A stretch of 64,000 nt of DNA from Octopus sinensis (GCF_006345805.1 NC_043001.1:15190001-15254000), one strand, 5' to 3'; counted from the stretch's first letter, positions 50,206 to 63,754 are shown. A program made the numbers and translations. The notes: generated by a model from the letters alone, not told the origin.

Positions 50206-51085
50206 AATAGTTGTAAAAAAGAAAACTCTTTATAAAATACTGAATGTAAAAATGGTTCTCCATAATTAAATAATTTTATATGCTCAAAATGTAACCGTTA
50301 TTAATAAAAGGAAATATTTCTGAGGCAGAAATCAACTGTTTGCATTATAAAAGATTTCAACTTCATTAAATTGAAATTAAAAAACAAAAAGAAAGCCCAT
50401 CTTGATATGTATACTGACAAACTAGTCATCTTTGTATTCAGACTATGTGTGTTAAATGACTTAGTTAATAAACAAAATATCTTAAGTAAATATAAAAAAA
50501 CAATAATCTAACTATACCAACAAAGCATTTTTTAAATAACTCTCACTAGTTTTAAGACGACAACGCCCTACATATTTTGGTCGTGTTAACTTAGAAATAA
50601 AAACATGATAATGAAATTAATTATATTTTCAGCTAACTAACTTATTTCAACTAATGTAATACATATAAAAAAAACAAAAAACAAACGAGAACAAATTTTA
50701 ATTTAAATTGTTATAGAGTTTAACTGTAAATGTCTATTCTACAATAGTTACAATGCCACCAAACTTCAAAACAGTTCATTTTACAAGCCTCTGTATCTTT
50801 TTTTGACCTGTAACAAATGGCAATAAAATTTTCCTTATACCAAACACTATTCTCTTAAAATGGGTAAAGTCTGAAAAAAAAAGAGAGAAAAGAAATATCA
50901 CTGGGATGACTATGGTTGAAAGGTTTTTGGACATGAGTCTGCTTCACATGAATGAGTACACAAAGAGCCAGCGTCTTCTCAATTAAAACTGACCTGGTCT
51001 GCTTTAATTGGGCTGATTTGAGGCAAACTACCAACAGCTACCATTTGTTTTTTTGCCCATGTCAGTCTAAAGTTTTACCCTAAAG

Positions 51086-51657
51086 TACAAGGGTGAGTCA
51101 AAAAGTAATGCCATTTTGTTTAGGACAGGTATAATTGCCAACAGAGGAACTTGTATCATACATCAAAATGAAGCTGGTTCTCTGTGGATCACATTCCTAC
51201 TTCTCAACATAGTCACCGTTTCTCTCAATAGCAATGTTCCACCTTTGAATGAGAGAATGTATCCCTGCCCCATAAAATTCTGTTGACTGTTCTTTGAGCC
51301 ACTTCTTCACTACAGTTTTCACTTCCTCGTCACTGGAATAATATTTGCCTCTCAAACCCTCTTTCATGGGGCCAAAGAGATGATAGTCTGAAGGTGCTAA
51401 ATTATTCCAATGATGAGGAAATTAAAACTGTAGTGAAGAAGTGACTCAAAGAATAGTCAACAGAATTTTACGGGACAGGGATACATGCTCTCATTCAAAG
51501 TTGGAACATTGCTATTGAGAGAAACGGTGACTATGTTGAGAAGTATGGGTGTGATCCACAGAGGACCAGCTTCATTTTGATGTATGATATATGTTCCTGT
51601 GTTGGTAATTATACCTGTCCTAAACAAAATGGCATTACTTTATGACTCACCCTTGTA
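51086..51657. mobile_element. Foldback mariner derivative: two inverted mariner 3' ends, TA-flanked
   Basis: Arms 51086-51342 and 51401-51657 (~257 bp, ~92% identical by eye); termini TACAAGGGTGAGTCA; the minus strand encodes APSDYHLFGPMKEGLRGKYYSSDEEVKTVVKKWLKEQSTEFYGAGIHSLIQRWNIAIERNGDYVEK*. Confidence 0.92.
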
Positions 51658-52179
51658 ATAAAAGATAAATCTTTTAACCAGTAATTAGTTGAATATTATT
51701 GGAATAATTAAAAAAATTTTTGAGTTCATTCCTTTTTACTTTTAATACAAAAAACATAATATGAATGCTACCTATGTTACAAATAGATAATAAATACACG
51801 TGAAATAGAACCTTAATTAGATATTTAAAAAAGGAAGTTCATTAATAAAAATGAGCCTATGCCCTTTGTTTCAGAAATCTTGGAGACCAAATGAGAACTG
51901 GTGTTTACAACATGATATTGTACACAAAACATGACAGACAGCTAAAAACTGAGTCCATTAGAAAATATTAGCAAAAGTTTGAAATGATTTTAATAACTGA
52001 AATGTTATAAACTGAACAAAGAAGTTTACTTTTCATCTTTTCTTGTTATTGTACTTGTCTTATTTTTTTCTGCTTGTGTTCTTCCATCATATTGGCTCAT
52101 TTACACCCCAGCAGCTTATGCTGCTGACACTGTGAAATTTAACAATATTATCATAAGGTGCTGAAATTATGATGATTAT

Positions 52180-52344
52180 AGGCGCAGGAGTGGCTGTGTG
52201 GTAAGTAGCTTGCTTACCAACCACATGGTTCTGGGCTCAGTCCTACTGTGTGGCACTTGGGCAAGTGTCTTCTACTATAGCTTCAGGCCAACCAAAGCCT
52301 TGTGAGTGGATTTAGGAAATGGAAACTGAAAGAAGCCCATTGTA

Positions 52345-52391
<47 letters not shown>

Positions 52392-52590
52392 ATGTTTGTG
52401 TGTCTGTGTTTGTCCCCCCAACATCGCTTGACAACCGATGGTGGTGCCTTTATGTCCCCGTAACTTAGCAGTTCAGCAAAAGATACTGATAGAATAAGTA
52501 CTAGGCTTACAAAGAATAAGTCCTGGGGGTCGATTTGCTCTGCTCCAGCATGGCCACAGTCAAATGACTGAAATAAGTTAAAGAGTATAT
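52180..52590 (+). mobile_element. SINE family A
   Basis: Full length. Confidence 0.9.
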
Positions 52591-52814
52591 TTGGTTGATG
52601 GTATTAGCTGATGAGGGATTGAGCATATCCCCATCCATTGTGTGTGTTTTTCTTGTTTTTCTGTAATTCCTTTGTTATCCCCATGCCATATTTTATTATT
52701 ATTATTATTATTCACTAAATTAAGTCTAATAGGGAAATCTCTAGACTATGAGTCACAAATAGGTTTGTCATAACAATCTCCAGCTATCTCATACAAGATT
52801 TTATTAAAACTACA

Positions 52815-53043
52815 TTAACCCTTTAGCATTTAAACTGGCCATATCCGGCCAGAAGTATTCTGCCTGTTTTATGTTCAAACTGGCCAGATCTGGTCTCTCA
52901 CATCAACCCTACAATATCGTTTTAAAAATTAACAGCTACCTCATCAAAAGCTCATAGCTACAAGATAATGCACGATTAGTTCAAAACAATGGGGATAAAA
53001 AAGCATTCATTTTGGTAGAATAATGTGAACAATAAAGGGTTAA
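52815..53043. mobile_element. piggyBac-like MITE (family 1)
   Basis: TTAACCCTTTAGCATT ... AATAAAGGGTTAA. Confidence 0.8.
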
Positions 53044-55054
53044 AACTCCAATATGTCTTTGACAAGAACATTTCTTGAATTTATATGGTTTATAAATTGA
53101 TATCAGATCCCGCCAAAAAACACAAAATATGCAGAAGTAGAGAATACGTTGAAGGTCACATATCTAAAACAATCAATCAGAGCAACATGGTTGGCCACAG
53201 CTATTGTATGGCACTTAACTGCCATCTGTAACTTCCCAGTTTGTCTTTCTATAAGTATCGCTATATACAGTGAGATGGTCTTATGTCAAACAATATGGTG
53301 ATGTACTCTAAAAATACCAATGCATAATCTGACCACAATAACTTTGGATAAGAGAAAGACTGGTGAAAAGATTTCAGGAGTTAAGAAGAATCAATTATTA
53401 TCTGTTTGTTGTAAATTACAAGCTATAAGAATGTATGAATGTGGTGACAAGACAAGACAAGGAATGGGGAATAAAAGAAACCGTGTGAACAATTATAAGA
53501 AACATTGATGCAGCTTTACCTCTTTCCTTATAGTTATAAATAAGGGCTTCTTACAGTTTCCATTTATCAAACCCACTCACAAGGCTTTGGTCAGCCTAGA
53601 TCTGTAGATGAAGATGCTTGCTCGAGGTGTTGCGCAGGGGGACTAAACTCCAAACCACTTGGTTGGGAAGCACATAGTCAGTCCTGTACCTTATGTTATA
53701 TTTCTAATAAACTGTGCAATTGTGAACACATATTCACAATCCATTTGTTTTCTCTTACACAGAAACATGGTAAAAAATACATTTTTTAAAATTCAGTGAA
53801 GTATTCTGAAAGGTCTAATTACTGTAGGTTTTATGTATGATTATATCCAGATAGCATGGTCTTTTCAAGGAGCAAATTAACCATGGTAATTGGTGAATCA
53901 CTGTACTAATATTTTATTGCTATATAAGAGAATGGGGAGTACTTTGAATATCTATGTGAGTCCTCTCAGATTATTGTTTTGTAAAATGGTAAGACCTATG
54001 ATGAAAGGTTCCAGCAATAGACATCCCATAGCCTAGCTTTTCCGTTGGTATTGTGTACTACACACTACATTTCTAATGTGTCCGTTTCTCATGTTGGCAT
54101 ACTGTAATTTGAGGGAGATTTGACTGCTGTTTCTAGCAGGTCGAACTACCGCATAAAAGTTCCCTAAATGATATTATCTCTTTAGTACGATTAATAAAAA
54201 GACAGAAGAGAAGTAATGTATACCAATAACCATATGGCAGGAAAATGAGCTGTGTAGAGTGGGAGTGATCTTTAAAATGTAAAATTATGTAATGTAAGTA
54301 ATGTGAAGTTTAGGAGGTGTCGCATGAGAGGCAATAGGTACTCTGTAACAGTGGTGCCATAATACATAACACATTTTGAAAAATATAGTCCATTATTGTT
54401 GCAGTAATGTATGTATGTATGTATGAACAAAAGAGAGAACCTTATGAGGATGATGAATGAAGAAAAAAAATTATCAGTAAGGGAGGGTTTATCATTGTAA
54501 TGTGATAAGGAGTTGAGGGATTTGCAAACTTGAATGTTATTCACTAAGTGGAGCCCCATCTGGTCTCCGGTAACCTTGAACGAGTTTCTCATAACAGGAA
54601 GTAGAAATAAAAAGAAATACTGGATTATGTGACAACTGTCAAAGTAGCTTTCAAAGGACATTGACCCCAGATTTGGATCCTTAATTCTCAAGTAGAAGAC
54701 TCCTACTTGGAAACTATTTAGTCAAGTATACTCTATAACAGTGAGAGCTAAATAAGTAATCAACATTCCAATCGAACACTCTTTGGAATCTTTACAAGAT
54801 TTTTTTTTGCAACAGAGGAGAGCCCATCAGAAGCACTCAATAGTTAGAGGGTGTTGTTTTATAATTGTATGTGAAAGTTTACTACCATGAGAGAAAAAAA
54901 AAAAAAAGAGGCCATTGAGGGAGCAGAGCCTTGAATTATATCCTGCTTATAATCTTTGAAAATAACTGTATGGAGAGGGGAGATGTGATGGTCATGGCAA
55001 GAACACCTTTGATAATAAGTCAACTTGAAAAGCTTTGACTTGGTTCTAACCTAT

Positions 55055-55465
55055 TTCTTTACTACCCACAAGAGGCTAAACACAGAGGGGACAAACAAGG
55101 ACAGACAAACGGATTAAGTTGATTATATCAACCCCAGTGCGTAACTGGTACTTAATTTATCGACCCCGAAAGGATGAAAGGCAAAGTCGACCTTGGTGGA
55201 ATTTGAACTCAGAACGTAGTGGCAGACGAAATACCAATTTCTTTATTACCCACAAGGGGCTAAACATAGAGAGGACAAACAAGGACAGACACACGGATTA
55301 AGTCGATTATATCGACTCCAGTGCGTAACTGGTACTTAATTTATCGACCTCGAAAGGATGAAAGGCAAAGTTGACCTTGGCGGAATTTGAACTCAGAACG
55401 TAGCGGCAGACGAAATACCGCTAAGCATTTCGCCCAGCGTGCGAACGTTTCTGCCATCTCGCCTA
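55055..55465 (-). mobile_element. SINE B with an internal ~185-bp tandem duplication
   Basis: 55060-55240 is repeated at ~55245-55425. Confidence 0.85.
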
Positions 55466-55716
55466 CAACAACAAAGAGTTGGGGAATGGACAGAAATGGA
55501 GAAAAGAAAGCAACATTAAAACAACAAAAATAGATTTAAAATTTATATGGAGATAATATTCCTCTCTATCACTTCCCATATCCTGCTACAGCTTGAGTGG
55601 AGCCTACGTTGCTTTCTGCTGTTTTTTTTAAAAATTCATTTTACTTTTATTGTTTACATTTCCTTTGTGATATTAGGCAGTCATAGATATTTTCATGAGG
55701 AACTGCCATCACACAC

Positions 55717-55756
55717 CATTATTTCTGTAATAATCATAAGCTGTGGCTCCTTTCCA
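55717..55756 (-). CDS. Candidate 40-nt exon (xGKEPQLMIITEIM or WKGATAYDYYRNNx)
   Basis: Acceptor tattttcaacacag, donor ATG|GTGTGT; two frames open. Confidence 0.15.
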
Positions 55757-58364
55757 CTGTGTTGAAAATACTTATTTGGTGATGGAAGAAAGAAAGCATT
55801 AAAATATCATCTACTCATCTTTCTCAGTCATCTCTGTACACGGAAAATGGGAGAGGTGGAGAGGTAAGTGTTAACAAAAAAGTGCTTCTGAGGATCTTGA
55901 TCTTGTGAAGCAACATTCACACAAGTCTTAACTGCCCCCCCCCCCCGGAATAAAAAACCCCCAAAAAACAACAAAAAAAAACGTCTCTAGCTAAAAAAGA
56001 ATATAATCACACAATACTGACTTTACTATTATCAGCAGCTCTTCCAGATAATACTTATTACTTAGTATTATTAAAGCAGTTTTTTTTTTTAAAAGAACTA
56101 TATATAAACTAAGTTTTTTTCTCTTTTTTCTTTTGTATCAACAAAATTAACCTCTTTAAGCTAACCTTAACTAAAGCAACAAGCAAAAAAAAAAAACATA
56201 ATAGACCAAACATTTTGTTTGTGTTTGAAAAAACTACGAGATACAATTTTAAGCATCTTTTCAGTTTAGCAGTTATATTTTCTTGTTGATGAAACGATTG
56301 CAATAATTATTGTCTGTTGGTTTAAATGTTTTATTTCTTGCTGTTTTGCCAAGCCTGAGAAATTTCCAGGCCAACCTCTCCATCCCCGTGCCAACCATCA
56401 CATGATTACAGCCTCTCATTATTTACTCATCCCAACCAACTATCTTATTATTATAATTATTTAACATTTACTTATCTATTCCTCCATTTTATTACATGTC
56501 AATCTACCTCTCCCCGTCTATATATCAATCTCCCACTTCTCTCTCTCTCTCTTTTTTGTTTTTTAGTGGAATGCTTCTTTAAAACTGCCTAACATGCAAC
56601 CAAACTTCTGATATACAACACTGCACTATACAGAGCCAAAATCTAAATAAGAAAAGGAAAGACAGAAAATAATAAAACTCGCAACAGTGTTCTTTCTTCT
56701 AAAAAGTAATGTTCAAGATCAAACAATTCTTATCTTTCAGGGAGTTTCCCAATCTACTATTTAGAACATATTCAAGAATAAGTATCTACCTTGCAAATAA
56801 GAACAAAAAAAACCCCAAAAAAACCCCAGAAATCATACTGTAGAGGTTGTAAGATTCAAAGTATATATTTCATAAATGCTGACCAGGTCCGGTGGCTGTT
56901 GATCTTCATTTCTCAAGTCCTTTCCTTTTCAATAATTATTATCAAATATCTTTCACTAAAGATAATTTCTTCGCTAACCTTTTCCTGTCTAACTCCACTC
57001 TTGATAACTCAGCAAAGAGGTATCATTATTATTCCCTTACAGAACAACTTTTTCCACCATGCTAAATGTCACATTTAAACAGCTCTCATTAAAAAGTAAC
57101 AAAAGGAGTAATCAAGGCATAAAATAGTCTTAAAAACATCGACTGATTTGATTTGGACAACAGTTTTTTGGGGTTTTTTTTTTACAACTAAAGCTCTGGA
57201 ATATTGCCAACAAGGCTGTGAGCTCAATTCTGCTACAAGCATGTATATTGCTGCTACACAAGGAACAGTAGTTTGCTAACCTTACACCACTAAGCCAAAA
57301 GAAACCACTTCACAGACTTCTGAGCACCGGGAAAAATAATCCAGGAAAAAAGACATTTACTCGGATGAGACACAAAAACCAACCCCTTTTGCCACTAATG
57401 ATTTTAATGGAAAGGGGCAAGATTAGGTGATGTCCTTATATTTCTGATAGGTAGTGCCAGCTAAGACACACAAATGACTTCAATGAGGAAGAAATAAGTT
57501 GTTTAAGTTGGTTTTTCAGAAAGTAATATTGTCCCACAGCAGATATAAAACCTGAAAATTGTATACTAGAAAACCCAGATCAAAACCTAGTATTGTGTTT
57601 TTCATTTTTTAGATGGAGAAACACTGCCCATGACCTTTATTGATCATCCCCTCAACCAGTCTGGTGAAATCAATGCAACAAATGCTTGGTTTTAACTTCT
57701 GTGGGAAGAAGGTGGAAGAAGAAATTATTTATGAGGTTTGCAGCTCTGGGGAGGAATGTTTAGCGCACAAACTGAAAGACGGAATGGTCGTGAATATGAG
57801 AGAAAATACAAGAGTATCGAGTGAACTTAAGCATAGAGAAAAAGCTTGGAAGTTTGGTTAACAAACAGCAAAAGGTATTCCTGCTTGAAATCATTTACAG
57901 GCATAGAACTATCTCTTGAGCTGAAGAGTAATGTTCCATGAAGCCATAATAGAAGCATATTGATAAGAAGATATATAAGATGGCAGGTTGGCAGAATTGT
58001 TAATGTATCAGACAAAACTGCTTAGTAGTATTTGTTCTGGTTCTATACATTCTGAGTTCAAATTCCACCAAGGTCAACTATCTTTCATACTTTTGGGGTT
58101 GATAAAATAAGTATCAGTTAAGTAATCAGCTTATTCCTCCTTGCAAAACTGCTGGCCATGTAAAAAGCACCCAGCTCATTCTGTAAAGTGGTTGGCATTA
58201 GGAAGGGCATCCAGCCATAGAAAAAATGCCAAAACAGACTGGAACCTGGGTCAAACCGTCCAACCCATGCCAGCATGGAAAACAGATGATGATGATGATG
58301 ATGATCTGGGGTTTAGACTGTGTTGTCTAGTTAACAAGGAAATGCACAAAAGGAAAAGCATACC

Positions 58365-58595
58365 TATTTCTTTATTACCCACAAGGGGCTAAACATAGGG
58401 AGGACAAACAAGGACAGACATAGGTATTAAGTCGATTACATCGACCCCAGTGCGGAACTGGTACTTAATTTATCGACCCCGAAAGGATGAAAGGCAAAGT
58501 CAACCTTGGCGGAATTTGAACTCACAACGTAACGACAGACGAAATACCGCTAAGCATTTCATCCGGCGTGCTAACGTTTCTGCCAGCTCGCCGCA
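58365..58595 (-). mobile_element. SINE family B, alternative tail, young
   Basis: Family match, CpG-rich. Confidence 0.9.
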
Positions 58596-59524
58596 TACCC
58601 ATGACCATAATAATAGATTCAGATATTTGAAGTCAAACATTTTCATAAAGAAACTATATCTCAATAATTCCATCACAATTTCATAAGAGAGAAACAAGCA
58701 GTTAGACAAGATTAAGAAATGTAAAAATAAGTAGCAAAAAGGCAAAAGAAAATAATAATAAATAAGAAATAAAAAAAGATATGTGCTAAATGAAGAACAA
58801 TAAAACTTTGTTCTATCAGTCTAATTTTCTCATAAAACATTAACTCCCTTAACTTTCAATTTGAAAGTATCAAATATATTTTTAAAAACAGTTAAATAAA
58901 TAAAAAAACATTAAATAAATATCTACGCATAAGAGAAAACGTGGATGTGTGGTTAAGCGGTTTACTTCACAGCTATGCAGTTCCAGGTTTCAATGCTAAT
59001 GCACATTACCTTGGGAAAATCTCCGCTATTACAGCTACAATTTGACTAATACTTTGTGAGCAGAATTGCACATATGCACACAAGAAGGATTGTGGATGAG
59101 TGGTAAGGGTGTTAGGCTCATAATCATAATATTTGTGTGATTCCAAGACTGCATGGCACCAGGGGTGTATATTCTGGGTGTGCTAGGTCTACGCTGCACA
59201 CCCATTGAAAACAGCTAAGTTGTTTTAAATATCAATCTTACTCATTAATTTAATCACAAATCTTAACGGAAAATTTTTGTTATATCCCTGCTTGAAATTT
59301 GGTGGCATTGGGTGTGGCAGCAGACCCAATACAACAACCACCATATTCCACTGTATGGCACACTGTGTTCTTGAGCAAGGTGTTTCATTTCATATTTGTA
59401 CCAGCCGGCTCAGCTGAAAATGAGTATCAACCTAGTGTTGGTGTAACCCATTCTCCCTCCTGCAGTCACATTCTCAATGTTCACATGGGATGGAAGGTCT
59501 GAGAAGATGTCTATGTCCACTCAC

Positions 59525-60250
59525 AGCTACATCATCATCATCTTCATCGTTTAACTTCTGCTTTCCATGCTGGCATGTGTTGGACAGTTTGATTGAAGAC
59601 AGGCAAGCCAGGATGCTGCTCCAGACTCCAATCAGATCTAACAAGGTTTCTACAGCTGGATGCCTTTCCTAATGCCAACCACTCCGAAAGTGTAATAGTA
59701 CTTTTTACATGCCACCAGCATGGGTGCCAGTCAGGCTGCACTGGCATTGACCACAACTATGGTTTCACTTGACTCAACAGGTCTTCTCAAGCACAGCATA
59801 GGCACCTAAAACCACGAGTAAAAGCATGGTACATCTTACGAAGCCATACATGCTAGTGAGTGGCAGTTAAAGTTATATACACACACACACACACATCACA
59901 TACGTGTCCTGACCTTCTATCCCTATGCTCTCTTCCATCAACCTTTTTGTACCTTGAGGGTACACTGACACCATGTTACCACCATTTTTATCTCTCTTTC
60001 CAGCTCCACCTCATTTACTCCCATGCAACTTCACATTGTGTTGGGAAGCCGTGTTCCTGTCCCTTTTATCCCTCTTTACTCCCCATCACTTGAAGGTGGT
60101 TCTTTAGTCTTTGCAAGTTACACAGTAACTGCCGGTGCCAGGAAAAAGCAGCCAGTAGACTCAGTAAAGTGGATGGCATTAGGAAGGGCATCCAGCTGTG
60201 GAAACCATGGCAAAACTGAAACACTAGAACAAGATGTGGTTCTCTGGCTC
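59525..60250. mobile_element. RTE 3' ends (- 59525-59800; + 59890-60250 with C/T-rich module)
   Basis: Family motifs. Confidence 0.7.
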
Positions 60251-60464
60251 GTTGAATGTTGTTGAAGCATCACTCTCATGTGACCAGGGAAAGGAGATGT
60301 GATGTGAGATGATGGCTGATGATCTTGGCTTAGAATTGGATCACTGTGTCTTAGTGTTGTATGTGGCAACAAGGTCACTTGATCATAAAACACCACTTGG
60401 TCATAAAACAAGTCCAACTAATGTCCACTTGGGAAACAAAATAGAGATAGAAAGGAGCATGATG

Positions 60465-60488
60465 TGTGAGAGAGAGAGAGAGAGAGAG

Positions 60489-60539
<51 letters not shown>

Positions 60540-60545
60540 TGTGTG
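60465..60545. repeat. (GA)n(GT)n microsatellite
   Basis: Direct reading. Confidence 0.95.
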
Positions 60546-60879
60546 TATTAAAATTTACACTTATCTAAAAACTAGTGGCGTTTCTGTAGTGTTCTTTTAT
60601 ATTTATATTTTTTTTCCCCAATGGTTTGACAAATAGGTGTGGATGAAATAAATATCAGATTGAAATACACACTTGTGATGATATGATTGACTAAACTCTT
60701 GCAGGTGGTACTTTGCTTGGCCACAGTCCATTTAACTGTAACTGGTAAAAGAATGAAAGAATTTTGAATTCATCACAGGTATTTTTAGCACAACAATTAA
60801 TTTCAAGATTTTTTTTTTTAGATCTATGGATAATTTTAATTAAACTTCTAATTTACATTTTTTTCTCCTGTCTGCTTAC

Positions 60880-60937
60880 AGGCATCAAAAACATCAATTC
60901 TATCAGCTCACAAAGATCATGGGTATCACCTTCCACT
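60880..60937 (-). CDS. Candidate 58-nt exon (xVEGDTHDLCELIELMFLMP)
   Basis: Donor CCT|GTAAGC, moderate acceptor attaatttgtcaag; one frame open. Confidence 0.2.
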
Positions 60938-62329
60938 CTTGACAAATTAATTATTCATTTGAAAATAAGTATTTTCACTTAAAAAATAACTTTTCAAAGA
61001 ATGTAATGAGTCAAATAAGAATTATTTGTAAACATAAATTAGATCAATTAAAGGATGTAATTTTTATTCTTAACCATATGAAGCTGATCAGTGTTATAAA
61101 GAAAAATTCACACAGAAATTTATCATTTCCAAGTGCTAAAAATGTTTTATGCTCAATATATTTACACGACAAAAGATAATATTCTATTTACTGCCTCTAT
61201 CTAATATACTTCTTAATGTCTTCAAGCGTACTCTTTCAGTAATTTTTTTTCAAATTTTCTCAATAAATATATATCAACTTGATAAATGAATAGCTAATAA
61301 ATGCTTAAAACTTCTTTCCTCATCATGTCCGTAAAAGTATAATTGAATTTATAATGCATTCTTCATAGTTATAAATGTAATATTAATAAAAAATAGGTTA
61401 CACTTGTAACTTACATCTGAAGAACTAGTTTCACAAAATTTGAAGTTGAGATGAAAAGCCTTACTTATATATTACAAAGTAAGCCAACAATCAAATGTAC
61501 GGGGTGCATTCTGTTTCAACAGTATCGTTTACTGTGTCAGAATGAGTGCTTGTTACACAAACTAATTTATCATAAGCTAATTTTAGGAAATCTATCAAAG
61601 GCAACTTTGTGTTCTGTTGTTCATAAAAAAAACAAAAACTATTATGACAAACCACAGGTTCTTAAAAACAGAAGAGATTTATTTTCTGTACACATTGTCT
61701 TCTATACTTTTCCAGCCTAAATAATAAATTCCCTTGTAATTAGATATTCTTGAAGATTGTATTTATTGCTAAAATACAATACTATATCGATTGAAGACAT
61801 TTTACTCTTGTTTTCAGGTGTATACATACACATTGTGTTTGTATACATTTATGAGCAGCATTTCTATAGAGTAATGTACAGTATCACCTTGAAGCTGCCA
61901 AAAGACAACTAAAAAAGATAAAATAAAAAGAATCATTAAGCAAAAGAAGAAAAGAAACAAAAACTATCAAAGAAGAGTCAATATTTTCTTTGAAGCAGAA
62001 TAAGCAGTGTTTGCTTTGGTAAGTAAACTGAGGTCATAAACACTAATAATGTATTTTAGAAAAGTATAAACATCACAACTTTACATTTCCTATTTCCTAC
62101 ACATCAGAAATGTTATATCTCTGTATGGCGTCAGTATATAACAGAGTGGATCTCTATCTACCCTGAGTAAAGGTAATGAATTCAATAGATTGGTAGAACT
62201 TGTCATAATATAGGTACAGTGCGCAGCAGGGATATTTTCTGTACATTGTATAGTGGTAAGAAACACAAGAAAAGCTGAACAGCAGATCTTCAGAGAAGAA
62301 ACTCCCCCCAGGCAAGTGTTTAGGCCCTT

Positions 62330-62620
62330 AAATTCTTGCATTCTAAGGCGGCCATGCCACATCCATTTCGTGACCCCTGGGTGCCCTTCTGCTTGACACA
62401 TTTTAGCCACTTGGATATCAGAGATGTGTGCATATAAATACACAATAACAGTACACATCCTGTGGATTATGCTCACCCCACTTTCTTTACACTCTTTGCA
62501 TATCCTCTAAACTCAGTACCCATGTCTAACAGCATTGCAGTTCGTACACACGCATCATACAATCCAGCCTTCACTCAGGAAGTCAGTAGAGATAATATCT
62601 CCTTGAACTTTTTCTGTACT
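62330..62620 (-). pseudogene. RTE ORF2 C-terminal fragment
   Basis: KKFKEILSLL..VKAGLYDACVRTAML..TWVLSLEDMQR. Confidence 0.7.
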
Positions 62621-62624
62621 ATTC

Positions 62625-63750
62625 TAATTGGCTGACCAAAAAGTTCATTCAGTTTTTGCCAACACTAAACTCCATGCACTCTAATAAGCTGCTAACTTCA
62701 GTCTGCCCCTTGCATATGCACACTTGTTCGCTACTTAACCCTTCAACATAATTCAATGCAAACTTGCAACAAAACACATATTTTATGTATTTGGGATTAC
62801 CGTGAAAATGGAGAACCAAAATGAACATTATCGACACCTCAAGCTTTCTTATTTTAAAAAAGGCAAGAAAGCTGGCAAAAACCTGAGGGAAGATATGCAT
62901 TGAATACAGGGAGGCTTCTGTTAGGGAACATGTGTGTCAGATGTGGTTTTCAAGATTTTAAACCAGGAAATTTTTTGGTTCAAGATGCAACTAACTATCC
63001 AAACAGCTGAGATTAAGAGCAACACCAACCTCTGTTATATGACCAGAAGGATTACAGATCATCATCATCATCATCACTTAATGTCCGCTTTCCATGCTAG
63101 TATAGGTTGGACTATTTGACTGAGGACTGGCAAACCAGATGGCTGCACCAGGCTCCAGTCTGATCTGACAGAGTTTCTACAGCTGGATACCCTTCCTAAT
63201 GTCACCAGATATTCTCCAAATATCCAAATCAAATGTTGAAAACCATCTGCATCAACTTGGTCATGTCAGCAAGTTTGATGATTGAGTTCTACATCGGTTG
63301 GATAAAGCTAACTTTGCCCAACAGATTTCTCTCTGCAATTTGTTACTTCATCTAAAGTGGGTTATGCTTTCAATTTGATGAGATTGGAAGGGTGTTGTCT
63401 TTTAAGAGCTTCTTCCCATAAACAGGACCATCAATTTGGATGTGTACTGTGACCAGTTGGACAAAATTAAATGTAGTGATCTGCCAGAAGTGTCCAGCAC
63501 TTGCTAATCATAACAGCACTGTCATTCATTATAACAATGCCAGACTGCACACTTTTTTGCAGACATGGCAAAAGTTACTGGGGCTTGGCTGGGAAGTTTC
63601 GCAGCTGCATATTCCCCTAACCTTGCACCTTCAGATTTCCACCTGTTTCAATCTCTTCAAAACTCTGGAAATGTAAAGATTCATCTGGAAGAGTTTAGCA
63701 CCAGTAAAGACAGGAAATCCATCGAACAGAGAACAATGGATCTGCCCACA
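62625..63750 (+). pseudogene. Decayed mariner transposase (Mos1/mellifera-like), interrupted by an RTE tail (-, 63058-63205)
   Basis: TIR-like TAATTGGCTGACCAAAAAGTTC; ATG at 62808 MENQNEHYRHL..YFKKGKK; KWVMLSI..DWKGVV; TINLDVYCDQL; HYNNARLHT; AYSPNLAPSDFHLFQSLQN. Confidence 0.9.
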
Positions 63751-63754
63751 ATAT

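Noticed and set aside
52600-52660. Hammerhead core CTGATGAG (also on the minus strand near 40118)
   Set aside because: No GAAA partner or closing stems; at best a decayed Penelope-like fragment.
56848-56930. Exon-like KDLRNEDQQPPDLVSIYEIYTLNLTTST with a GTATGA donor
   Set aside because: No usable acceptor, and the alternate frame (EMKINSHRTWSAFMKYIL) resembles an RTE-type RT C-terminus.
62090-62476. 128-aa minus-strand ORF
   Set aside because: Its 5' part is an RTE C-terminal fossil; the remainder has no motif or splice support.
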